The notes under the pieces are model-generated. The model saw only the letters and a list, made by a program, of their open reading frames with translations, was not told where the DNA came from and did not search any database. The translations under genes and the position numbers were made by a program. From an uncultured Bradymonadales bacterium (lineage in GTDB: Bacteria > Myxococcota_A > Bradymonadia > JAFGEP01), in NCBI GenBank assembly GCA_964503485.1, contig CAZDBH010000002.1, positions 508-64,507 of the forward strand: DNA of 64,000 nucleotides, given 5' to 3'. Positions 51,301 to 61,600 of the stretch are shown here, piece after piece. The number at the start of each line of letters is the position of its first letter. Position 1 is the first letter of the stretch.

Positions 51301-52185
51301 CAGATCGCAGGGCTGGTCCTCGGAGCAATCGGCATTGCTGCGGCAACCGGGGCGACAACGGTCGATGTCACACACATAACCCACAGGACACAGATCATTA
51401 TGCGGGTCACACAGTAGGCGCTCGCAGTATCGGAGCTCGTCGTTGCACACCCAATCGGGCTCGTTCCCCCACGCCGTCGCGCAATCGTCCTCGTTTTCGG
51501 GCGTGTCGGGGTCGTCAACTCGGCAACCCGACCGACATTCGGCCGCCTCTTCTTCGCCTTCCTCCGAAAAGCAAAACTCGAGGTTGCTGCACTCGTCGTC
51601 CGCCGTGCAGGCATAGGCCACACAGGTGTGCTCCTCAGAGCAGAACGAGTCGCTACCGCAACAATGCGAGATGTCGGCGTTCGGGCATTCCTCGGCCTCC
51701 AGACGGCAGCCCACGAGGCACCGTTCGGTCTCTGGGTCGCACCAGGTACCATCGTCGCAGGCGGAGTTGTCTTCGCAGCCTGGCTCACAGCCGGGCAACG
51801 TGTGATTCTCGACGCATGTACGGGTCTCGATATCGCAGCTGTGGCACGACGCTTCGCAGCTTCCCGCGCCGGGTCGGTCCCCAGCTCGGCATCCATTCAG
51901 GCAGTCGCCCGATTCGATGTCGCAATACAGACCCTCATCGCACGCGTCGTCTTCTTCGCATGGCACGAAGACATCAATTTCTTCCGTCGCGTCAGGCTCG
52001 TCCTGGACGTCCTCGTCAGGCTCAGCGTCGATATCCGCGTCCGCATCGCCGGTCGCCGTATCGGCAGTCGGAGGGGTCACCGGAGGAGGATCTTCGCCGC
52101 ACGATGCGGCAGCGAGCAGGACGACAACTAAAACACCACAGATCGATCGCAAATGTTGGGAGCAGATCAAGCTAGAATCCGGCAT
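45334..52185 (-). CDS. Giant (2283 aa) secreted lipoprotein: N-terminal Cys-rich modules (paralogous to those of the 1365-aa protein) followed by a long tandem array (>12) of PPC-like domains.
   Basis: Lipobox (LLAAASCGED). Cys-rich NGCRAGDRPGAGSCEASCHSCD, VGCRLEAEECP, SGCRVDD…, PGCRSNADCSEDQPCD modules. Then repeated C..D.D(Y/W/V)(Y/F)..(V/I) PPC signatures (DIDRYRVVG, DTDYWIFDVAPDERVEITLF, DVDYYRFEV, DDDWFAFDVIGTKDVTVSI, DSDVFEVIVG, DADVYKIEVPLG, DVDVYRVVNTVEG…). Confidence 0.75.
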   Translation of the reverse strand: MPDSSLICSQHLRSICGVLVVVLLAAASCGEDPPPVTPPTADTATGDADADIDAEPDEDVQDEPDATEEIDVFVPCEEDDACDEGLYCDIESGDCLNGCRAGDRPGAGSCEASCHSCDIETRTCVENHTLPGCEPGCEDNSACDDGTWCDPETERCLVGCRLEAEECPNADISHCCGSDSFCSEEHTCVAYACTADDECSNLEFCFSEEGEEEAAECRSGCRVDDPDTPENEDDCATAWGNEPDWVCNDELRYCERLLCDPHNDLCPVGYVCDIDRCRPGCRSNADCSEDQPCDLTTRSCRCESDFSCAGLEDLVCVDEHCVASCDRNVDCELFDLPMCNPENGRCVDCECFDEADIDDGDTVAPSSESLFFGVLCGADIDRYRVVGNAGETLNVLVTPDRGEITVQLHDSPNWDGLPLVEHHETIDGPGQFLQIAYPVTVDGTYYISIFGAGITDDQGCSQVGYNTRVERYPSHECRPDEYEENNSFGQSRRLEDGPTRGLTLCADDTDYWIFDVAPDERVEITLFIAEAGENLDLILYDETRSEVDRVDSGEQTELIFAGPTSEESTWYVAVRGHSSSDESGYELYRTDSRFGSCPDDDLEPDNERESATFAESGESFDGLTACQDDEDWFVTQGITGGDLRVSFEQSSAACTLRLTLFAPSGEALQTVENSHPSKELEVEGLLDSGSYAVQVTNLDCLDGADVEGVDYDIDFQFATPRCTDGFEENDVSDDATSILSGSSTFDSGDDAVLCVEDVDYYRFEVRRDATLNVTVNPVLFASSFGLDLLRETDGGELELVKQCIRGSECVRTASAVSIVDERMTAGFYYLRVRQTGFIPVLGGATYQLTARLALDDVECIDEGREPNNGFEFSWAVLPETLCDAESPDDPAYFCERLCPEDNDHWWVSLGGPTHVEVDVRFEDGASGAVRLYELPPDGDEDDLVLRDNQNGSGIVEGDFLTGQAVIIEIDSNESTEELGDAYGFDVILSSVDVCQPSSNSESGFAQSLVLDRTTTGKVCDGHELWYILPVDDERVFSFTLDNTGATADLELTLYQLDGEDLVWIAQDSTSDSSTVIVRSSAWEGMALLKVEPEATAPINGLPFTLLATSEVVTECRDRLEPNESAEQAVYIAGDVDVPLSLCEADDDWFAFDVIGTKDVTVSIHQSDTSAPLTLVILNSEGETVAGPVTDTNADKTLAMADLIGGVYSVHVSGSDGIPVAGIAYSLSVEIGRLECTDSLEDNDTIETASDFLGAESGFLNLTACEGDSDVFEVIVGEGPASLDLSVSRVAPSVSMRLEFLEDDGTEISSQTGSGALISLSETELDPGTFYVRVTATDPSELGENYSLSIVVDEPFDCTDQYEGEGGNDTPATATVLGESTASLAALACEDADVYKIEVPLGPVAITASLTPIDPGPFTITLLDGAEEELGDDGSEVSLNSLAAGTYYVQVTTTAAPKRGRAYVLSISSESDGCVLDPFEPNDSIGEGLPLIPERSDSRAQVLCPGDVDVYRVVNTVEGQNLSVSIQHSPGDNPVRVVVLDGDGVLVAENSFVEGSLGFMGFWTFNLPVATYYVWVSASVGDDGLRYKLWHTLSDDSPCIDDGFEPNDTKSEPFALSSGAHGANLCPAQSDWYSQEIVSTDGEIYIGLSSESGASFQVDLYEADGSTAVAGCTGSDVTGSSGAWTCDGALSDTSDSGEGVTLFAPELSPGTYLIQVSADGVIDSEGADYQLTIEREERGCINDTSEPNESFAGASVPSDRSGDPLPFDGTVGEFRICQDEQDYLTLETTTGLLVTIEGATGNPTELVACLHTSDETELRYVTVSGDTPPGQLAVSNSTEDAYTYYLRVSSEEDVGSIGLPYQLAIEELPLCENDEFEGGPDSFDDPIDGDVALRRDVESGEPNAFRLCPGDRDIFQLQTSVGPVVTCDPDSGDPDCFRCEEDSEPPCGPGLGIKFLDESWDLATEASLAQRAARFRVAIYDSDSEVLAQINDTRFMPMKLAVGAYPSETVYYVVASLDEEFGEPVDYTLLASAAPMCVSERDNHEIEDAVELVLDEEDVCSNRCPDNSDFYSVTVDDGILRLIITGDDLSNLSVRVLQDGDVVPAVEMASFQVDEIVMEGYVEAGTYDFQLEGGDTTDYCMRVSQDECFIDPSDVPEGANDTRGTAYEINWQGGAFAMCPTGTDEDWLAYTVPPPRGGDWNLSFDFEPSSTDPLPDFVFEIVDSDGTVLATVTDETAVVENKRIRTPEINAGSDERTIYVHIASDADQPFEYQFAPIPRCPSCL

Positions 52186-52696
52186 CGGGTGAACGCCTCC
52201 GCCCGTTTGTTTGTTTCAAATGCGCATTTGTGGCTACCAGACCGCACACGGGCGCCACTACTCGGGAACAATAGCCGTGTGGCCAGTTCGATGCAAGGAA
52301 CCCCAGGATTGCACGGTTATCCACCGAACTGGCTCCCGGGTTCTCAATTCCCACGGCCAGTCGACAGCCGTAGTACGCCGTTTGAGCCGGTGCTGGCTCG
52401 TTTTCGGTCTACAAGGTCTGGAAATGGGTTTGCGCCCTGATTTGTACCATAATGGAACGTTGTGTGGGGCGGTGTGGTTGTTCGGCCTACCACATGCTCG
52501 CAGAGCCTCGGTTTCTACCCCCCGTTAGCTTGATTTTTTCGCACTTCTTCCATATTAATGGTTCGGGTACTTTGGGTAAGGTCCCGTGCATCATTTTCAT
52601 TTGCTAACTGACAGTATTGCTAACTTCTTGAAGTTCAACGGTAAATTCCGCATTCGCGTGCCGGGTCGCTCTAGTCGTGGCATTGTCGGGGGTCGT
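52186..52696. promoter_or_regulatory. 510-bp comparatively AT-rich divergent intergenic region between the two giant genes; presumed divergent promoters/regulatory sites.
   Basis: Drop in GC and loss of coding periodicity. Contains tttgtttgtttcaaatgcgcatttg and ttttcatttgctaactgacagtattgctaacttcttgaag (direct repeat ttgctaac x2). No ORF with recognisable features. Confidence 0.35.
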
Positions 52697-55600
52697 ATGA
52701 GTCATTTCTTGAGACGGTTGATCAGTGTCTTGGCTGTTGTGGGCGTGGTCTGCGGCTTCGTACCGCTCGCCACCGCCCACGATCCGATCACAGACGAAAC
52801 CATGAACAACATAGGGAACTGCAGCTCAGGAACCCCAGGTTACAACTGCCAAAACCTGGCGCAATCCGGGTCGGATCTTGCCCTGCTCGGCAACACCTCG
52901 GGGTTGAGTACGTGGGCTTTCAACGATGGCGGCACAGCCGTGATTTCAGTCGGGACGGGGTTTCCAATCCTGTTCGGCGGCAACACCTACACGACGGCCT
53001 ACATCAGCCCGAACGGCTTCGTTTCTTTTAACAACGAGCCTGGGATCGAGCCTCCGATGTACAACGACTACCCGGCTCTCCCCAACGGTACGGGAGCCGG
53101 AAACCGACCGAACAACGGTGTGGCGATCCACGGAACCGATTTGCAGCACAACGGCACCCTTTGGCAAGGAGACAACGATGGCGTCATTCGGTACGGTACC
53201 CGCGGTAGCACCCCCAACCGTCAGTTCATTGTCTGGTTTCACAGCGGCAAGCACTTTGCGAATTCCGATCACTGTGGTCCTACGGAAAACTATCGGATCA
53301 ACTCGATGGCGGTCTGGGAGGAAAACAACCCGGGTTACTTCCGGCTCATCCTCGACAACGCCTCCACTGATTGCCCAACTCCTATCGTCCTGTCGGGCGA
53401 AGAAGCAGAGACGATTGGCTTCGAGAACGCGGCCGGAAACGGAGCCACCTTCTGGCGGGAACGATCACGCAGCTCGTTCCACGGTTTCGGTTGGGCGCAC
53501 CACGAACAACATCGAGATCGGGTGGTCAACCGCACCCTTCACATGACACACGACGAGGCACCCCGCCCTTGTGTGACTCCAGTTGCCGATGGGTCGTTCA
53601 CCTGTACAAACGCCGCCTGGGGGCCCTGGGAGGGTACCGCGGGGGCATACGATATCGGTCGGGCCGACGATGGAAGTGTGTACATCGACCTGAACAACTT
53701 CCCAGGGGGCGGGTCTTGCGTCGATGCGGGCGCGCCAACTTGGTACGCGTACATCGGTGGTGATGCACAGCCCGGCGTGTACATGAACCGCAACGGCTGG
53801 GTCGGGTTGGAATCGAGCACCTCCTCAGACTACGTACCAGAACCAGGGGACAATTCCTCCGATCCAAACACCATCGTGGCCGGGTTTTGGGACGATCTGT
53901 ACTCGCTTGGGGGTAACGGCGCAGTGTACGCCGAATGCAAGGGTACCGCCCCCAACCGGGAGGCTTACTTCACATGGGAGAACGTGCCCCATCTGTGGAA
54001 CTCGACTAAAACTGCCACGTTCCAAATTGTACTCAAAGAGAATCTGGGTGACTTCGAAATCCGGTGGCTCATGGCAACGCCCGATTCGAGTCCAAACAAT
54101 GTCAGCAGCTGGCAAAATCCGGCTGGCGATGGCGAAGTCATCTACGTCGGTAACACCGACCCGATCATCGAAGAAAGGGTCCTGTTGGACAACCACCTGA
54201 ACGGTTGCGGTGTCGTTCCCGAGATCATTGTCGGCAACGGCGAGAATCGTGAAATCAACTGTGACGTGCTCACCACTCGCCTCGACGTCCACCCCAACGG
54301 AACCCTCACCATCGCCAACAACTCGACCTTTATCGCCAAATACGAGGACGATATCGTCCGTTACATCGGCGGCGACTTGATCATCGAGGCTGGCAGCGTC
54401 TTTCAGACAGATGAGATCGACCGCTGGAACAGTTGCCTCGAATCAAACGCCAGTTTCACAGACAGTGCGAATGATCGCTTCGTCTTCGACGAAAACGCCA
54501 CGATCACTGTGAACGGAGAGATGAACCTCGACCTGTGCATCTCAGATTGGCAAACCGACTGGGAGTTTCACTGGTTGGGCGACATCACGGTCAACGCCGG
54601 AGGCAAGATTCAATCTGTTCGCTCGGGCGGCGGCTCATTGCCGTTCCCACCCCCAACCCCCGAGATCACGGACTACGGTCTGTGGCGGATGCGAAACACG
54701 AACCAGAACGCGTCCCTCACCATCAACGGAGGAACGACCAGCCTCGGCCAACTCTACGTCATGGATCAAGGCATCCTCACCATCAATGCGGCCACGGTGC
54801 AGATCGCCAAAATCCTGCGTATTGGTGACAATTCGACCATGAATTTGGGCGTCGGCACAGGTCTTCACATCACAGACGGTACCCTGATCTGCGAGGGCGA
54901 CATCACCATGAGCGGTGGTACACTCAACATCGATGGTGATGCCGACTTCCCCACCGGTGGTACGCCCGGCGGATACAACATCTTCACCGATATCACGACC
55001 AACGATGTCTACGAACGAATCTGGGAGACCGGTGTCACAGATACCATCATCATCGGGTACGCGCCTGATACCTTCTACCGCAGCCTTCATGTGACCGATA
55101 CCTGTAACTTCGTGATGAATTCCGGCACCTTAACCGCTGAGACGGGTCTCTCTGTCGACGGCGGTACCTTCGACCTCAACGGCGGTAATGTCGTCTTCGG
55201 CGACTCGCCAGCACCGGTCGCAATGACCGGTCTCACCAATGTCACCGATGGCGGAACCCTCGACCTCAACGGTGGCACCTTTACAACCGCCTACGTCGGT
55301 GCCGATCTGCTGCAGACCAACGGCGACGTCAACTGGAGTGGCGGAACGGTATCGATCGGGGGCGATGTGCTCGTCAGCCTGTCAGAGACATTCGTCGCTA
55401 CAGCTGGCGCCACCGATTTCGACGTCGCTGGCAACTTCGCTCTCTACGGCACCATGGACCACACTGGCAATGGCACGTTCGATATTGCTAGCCAGCTGCG
55501 TACCTACGGCGGCGGTGACTGGAATTCGTCGGCCGGAATGCTCGAAGCCGGGACGATTCAAATCGACGCCGACAGTGAACTCGATATCACCTCCACCGGC

Positions 55601-58600
55601 GACCTCAACGTCATCGATACGGTCAGTGTGGTCTGCAATACCACCACCGACATGGCCCACTTCGGCCTCGACGGCAACATCACCAAGGAGGTGGGCGAGG
55701 TATTCATCGGCAACGGTACCGATAACGACTGTCGAGCCGAGATGGTCATGACGGGCACGGGCCGAGTCGATTGCGACAACATCGTTATCGCCAACACGGG
55801 TCTGTTTCAAATGGACAATGGAACCCTCGATTGTGACGATGGTTCAGGCGGATACGGATTGCGGGTCGGTGACTATGGCCGCTACGAGCAGAACGGCGGT
55901 ATTGCTGACTTTTACTACGACGTGTTGATCGGCGAAGACATCAATGGCTTCACCGGTCCCTCAAGTCCCCATGGCGACGGTGACAACTTCGAATTGACGG
56001 GTGGCCAATTCTCGACCAGCCGCTTCTCGGCCGATTTCGACTTGGTGAACTCAGGCCGAGCTCACCTAGTAAACGGGGTTGTCCTGCTCATCAACGCCAA
56101 CGCAGACCTCCGCCTTTTCGATAACTCGTACATGGACGTCGACCCCGGAGCGAGATTGAGCGCTGCCGACGGACTCCACGTCTTGGACACCTCGACACTC
56201 GACCTCGATGACAATGTCACATCAACATCGCCATATGACATGGACTTTGGCGGACCCATCGAGGTCGAAGGAACCCTGACTCTTCGAGACCGTGCGGACA
56301 TTCGCGGGGTCGGATACTACAGCTACGACTACACCTTGGGTGGTACCCCTGACGGCGGCGGTGGAAGCGTCGACATGCTAAACCGGTCCACGATGGTCAT
56401 CAACGGCGACTTCGACGGCCGTGAGGACGGCCAGATTAGCCTCGCGAACCGAGCCGTCCTGACGGTTAACGGTAACGTCGCCAATACCGACAACCACGAC
56501 TTCTTGGTGAACAACGGAAACACCGGTTTTGGCGTCATAGTCAACGGGAACGTGACGAACTCGGGGACTGGATCCACCATCAACGTCGGTAACAAGGGTG
56601 GGTTCGACGTCACAGGTCTCTTTGACAATCTGGCTAGCGGCAGTTTTCTGTACCTCTCGAGCGATACCAGCACGATCAATCAGTTCTCGAACGCCGGTAC
56701 ATTCATCAAGAATCTGGCGAACTCGACGCTCGTATTCTCGAACGGCTGGGCCAACACAGGGACGTCTACCCACAGCGACGGTGTCATCCGGCTCGACGCG
56801 GGCGTCTTCTCGGTAGCTGGCGGCAACGTCTATCTAAATGAAACCTTCGACCAAAACTCCAATTCAGCCGCCTCGGTGACGGGCGGTGTGGTGCACGTCA
56901 CCAACAGCAACAGCGACTGGAACAATCCGAACGCCCACATCAATGTCAACAGCACGGGCGGCGGCCAGATTCTGATGAGCGATGGCAACATCGATCACGG
57001 TGTTGGTTTCGACATCAACGTAGACGGCGACAACGCCCTCGATTGGAGCGGTGGTGACATCAACGGCGGTGGTCTCCGGGTAAACTCTGGCGCTCAGACA
57101 TTCGACGGGACCGCTGAGGGCGTGTTCGCACGGACCTTCTTCGTTGAAGACGGAGCCACAGTGGTGCTCGACGCGGCCAACGGCGGCGGCTGGGAGTTTG
57201 ACCTCCAGGGCGGCACGTTGCTCGAAGGCAACGTGACCCAAAGCGGTGCCAACGAGGTCCGTACCACCACATTCCAGGTCGATGTCGGCTCCATCACAAC
57301 CGATGGTCGCTACCGTCAGGACACGTCTGAACTCGAGGTCACCGGTAACGCTACCTTCAACGGCGGCGATTTTCTCAGCCAGGGTGCCGCGGTGACCGAC
57401 TTTCAGGGCAGTCTTACGACAAACGCGGGTGGAGATGGCCCAGACCTCCTGTTCCGCGGAAACACCTCCGTCGGCGACGTCGTTGATCAAAACGCTGGTA
57501 CGCTTATCATCGACGGCATAGGGGCAGCGCCGGGCCAATTCATCGTTTCTGGCTCGACGATTCCCTCCCATACCATCAATAACGCCGATTTCAGTGCCAT
57601 CATGGGCGCGGTCTATCTCAACTCGACCGGTTTCACCCACACCTCTGGTACTTTCAACGCAAACGACTCCTCTGTCCGCCTCAGTTTCGGTGCGGGCAAT
57701 GACGCCGTTTTCTCGAGTGTCACGGGGACGATCACGGACGCAGGGATCAGTGTAGCCGATCGCCTCGAGATCAAGGATGGGTCTGCGTTTACCGTGACTG
57801 ACGGAGCGTCCCCCTATTCAATCTCGGTCGGCGGTACCCTCGAAGTCTCGAGTGTGGCGGCCAGCCAAAGCACCTTCACGATCGACCAACTGCCGGCAAC
57901 ATCAGTCAGTTTTGGTGGGCTGTGGGTGGGCGGCAATGCCGAAGCCACCTTCTCTGCGTCGGGCGGGGCCAAGACCTACGACTTTGGTCTGGTCAGTGTC
58001 TCAACCGGCGGGCACTACTGCGACGGAGCGACAAACCGCTGCAGCGTCGTTGTCGACAACAAGGGCGTGGCGTTCACCGGCAGGCTGATTGTCGGCGACA
58101 ACGTCACCTTCGACCTCGATGAGTCCGTCTACATTAGCCGAGGCGACCTAGAAGTTGGTGAGACCGCAATCGTCAACGTCACCGGTTCGGGCCTGCAAGA
58201 CGAAGTGTTTTTGGACACTGTCTACGGCACGCCCCGAATCGAGATCGACGGCGAAGTGCACGTCAATAACTTCATCAGCGAGGGTGACACCATTCTCTCA
58301 GATAGCGGGGGCGCAGCCCTCTTGGATGTCTGGACTGATGCAACATTCAACGGTGGAACAGGCGACCTCAACGCCAACGGCGTGTTCGACGTAGGAAACA
58401 ACTTGACCACCTCGAGCGCCGCAATCGACTCGGAGTCGCTGGTCACGGTCGGAAACAACATGACCGTCGATGGGGGCAACTGGTACCAAGACACCAACGA
58501 TCTCAGTGTAGCTTCACGCCTGATCGTTGACGGGGCCGCGGCTGATCACGGCGACCTGCAAACACTGGGTGGGGTCACGTCATTCGAGACGCTGCTCGTA

Positions 58601-61600
58601 CGTAGCTACGGTGACTGGCTCATCACCACGCCAGGCTCGGCCGAAACGACGAACACTCAGACCGGGATTCCGGTCCCCGCTGCCGCCAGGGTTCTGGCAA
58701 ACGGCACACTGACCGTGACCAATACCACTCTGGACCTCATCAATGGCGTTGTAGACGGAACCGGAGTCTCGCCCGGCGGAGCGAATCTGCTGGTTCGAGG
58801 TGACGTAACCAACAACGGTACGATTTGGGTCCATCGCCAGCTCGCTGTCGACGATTTAGGCCAGCTCAACACCAGTGGCGTATTCAATGTGTCTCGAAAC
58901 ACGGGCGGCCAGTACTCGATGATCGGGTGCGGTACCAACGGCAACTGCTCGAGTCCCGGTGTGGCTGGAATATTGAACTCAGGTGATCTCAATTTCGGAA
59001 ACGACCTGCTGGTAGCCAGACGCTACGATTCGGTCGGCGGCAACCAAAATACTGGCTGCCGGTCCTTCCCGTGCTTCCCTGGAAACACGAACGGGACAGA
59101 CGAAGGAGCCATCTGGGTCGAGCCAGGCGCACTGTTTTTGACGAGTGCCAATTCCACCGTTACGACGGCCACTGGGACCGCGGCGCGCAACGGTTGCTCG
59201 GCCACAGACGCCTTCATCTCGGCAGGTACAAGCACCTTCGGAGGCGGGCTAGCCACAATCAACGGCGACGTCTGTGTATCCGGTACCGGCGATATGGCAG
59301 CCGACGGTACAGCCGGCTTCTCGCGGATCATCATCGCGGGCGTTTCCGGCGGAGTCGACGATGCCGTCATTACCGTCAATAGTGGCGGTTCTTTCGCCCT
59401 CGACGGCGACGCACTAGTGCAGGGCAACGACTATCTCGGTTCGCCTGGCAGTACGCTCAGCTTGACCGGCAACGGACCCAACCAGAACATCGACTTCAAC
59501 GGCGACGGCCTTGGAGCGTTCGACGTCCCGGGTCCCGTTCTCCAACTGGATGCCGACGTCGGGGGCGTTGCCGAGAACGTCGTCCGCACCGGTACGCTCG
59601 ACCAGCAAGACGGTACAGTCTGGGCGGACAGCATCGTGTCGATTCTCGGCGTTGGAAGCGTCAGTGTAGTTGAGGCCGACGCCCGTCTGTATGGCCAATA
59701 CCTGCAAGTTTCCTCAGTCACGACGAGCTTCACGGTCAACGACACCGCCCAGGTCATCATGGCCGCAGACGCCTTTGACAACACCACCCAGAACCAATTC
59801 AACAGTCAGGTCCTATTCGACGATTCGAGTGTGTTCACCACAACTCAGGACGTCTTCGTCGGAGGCGCAGGTCAGCTCGCATTCCGAGGTACGACATTTA
59901 CAATGGACGACGCGGTGACGACTGACCTGGTTCTATCGGTGGCCCCCGATTCAACTGCCAGCTTCGAAGGTGGTGTGGCGAACGTCGATGGACATCTCCA
60001 TCTGACAGAAGGAACCGCCGGTCCGGTCCAGCCGGCAACCTTGTCAATGTCGAACAACGCCCAGCTGACGGTGACTACAAACGATGACTCGGCGTACTTC
60101 CTCGGCGGCATCGTCAATCTCTTGGATACCAGCCGTTTGACCCTGTCCTCGTTCATGCTCAAGTCAAACACCGATCCGGACACCAACGCCGCCGATCGCG
60201 CCCAGATCACTGTGTATCAAGACGCCTGGTTGATCGCCGACTTGCCAGGGACCACGCTCCCGGCGGGTTATAGCTGTACCGATCCGGCCTACGGACCATC
60301 AGGTGCAGGCCCCACATTCTCGAATCATCAGTGGTGTTCGCGACTGCACGGAAATGCCCGAATCGACGTCGTCGACAACGGGACATTCGACACAGACAAC
60401 CGACTCATCATCAACAGCGATTCGAGCTTCACAGCAAACGGGCAATGGGACGCCGACCCCTCCACTCGTTTAGGTCTACACGTCGTCGATACCGCAGATC
60501 TCGTTTCCCGTTGGTTGCCCGGCGGCAACTCGCTGCACGGCATCTCGGTTCGACAGGACGCCGTTCTCGTGGCCGAAGACTCGGCAACGATTGATGCTGG
60601 TGTCATTCACGCCAACACCGTAGGAACCAATTCGGGTTGGGCTGGCACGTTGGTCTTGGCCGATTCTGCGTCACTCCAGGTCGACTACCTCAATCTCGAT
60701 GGCAACAGTCGGATGCTGTACTACGGGCTTCCTACGACCGTGATCCGCAACCTGCCGGCTTATGCCGCGCTCCACGCACTGTTGCCCTGGGAGCTCGACC
60801 TGCCCGACAACTCCGTCGTGGCGGCTCCTGCCGATGGACTATACGGGACCACCAATCCCGGGCCGGGTACGCCGCCCGGATTCGCATGCGGCGGAGGCGG
60901 CGGTGGCCAGGTTACGCCAGGTGGCGGTGGCCAGGACGATAGCAACAACCCGTCTGGCGTAGGCGGAATCTGTGGTGGCTGCGATACATTCGACGTTCAC
61001 CCAACAAGTACCGAAACCATGTTCGTGCCGCCCGGTGTCTCGAGCCGCGGTGGGGACGGTGGCCCGGCAATCTTTGGTGGATTCGCGTCCAGCCGAATCT
61101 ACTTCTACGGCGAAGACGGAACGCTCCTACACTTGTGGGGCGACATGTTGGCCAATGGTGGCGACGCGCCCGACAACAACTGTGCCGGCGGCGGGGCTTC
61201 CGGCGGCTCGATCTACGTGGAAGGCGACGACCTCGATATCGGCAGCTCGCTAACGGTTACGGCAGACGGCGGTGATGGAGGCCAGAACGCTGCTCAGACC
61301 GAATGGCGCGGCGGCGGCGGAGCCGGCGGCACGATTCAGTTTATCTATCGCAACAACGCGGGCGGTAGCGGTGACTTCCGCCGAGTCTACTCACGCGGTG
61401 GATCTGGTTACGAGGACGGTACACACGGGACAGCGGTTCTGGCCGAATGGAACCCAATACTGAACCGAATTCAGAATGTCGACTCGACCTACTTGGTCTT
61501 CAAATCGGCGGCCACCGATTCATTCACCTTCTATTCGCGCTGGAACCAGCTCAATCCAATCAACCCGAGCATTCGCGGCGAAGTGACCGAGTTTGGTGAC

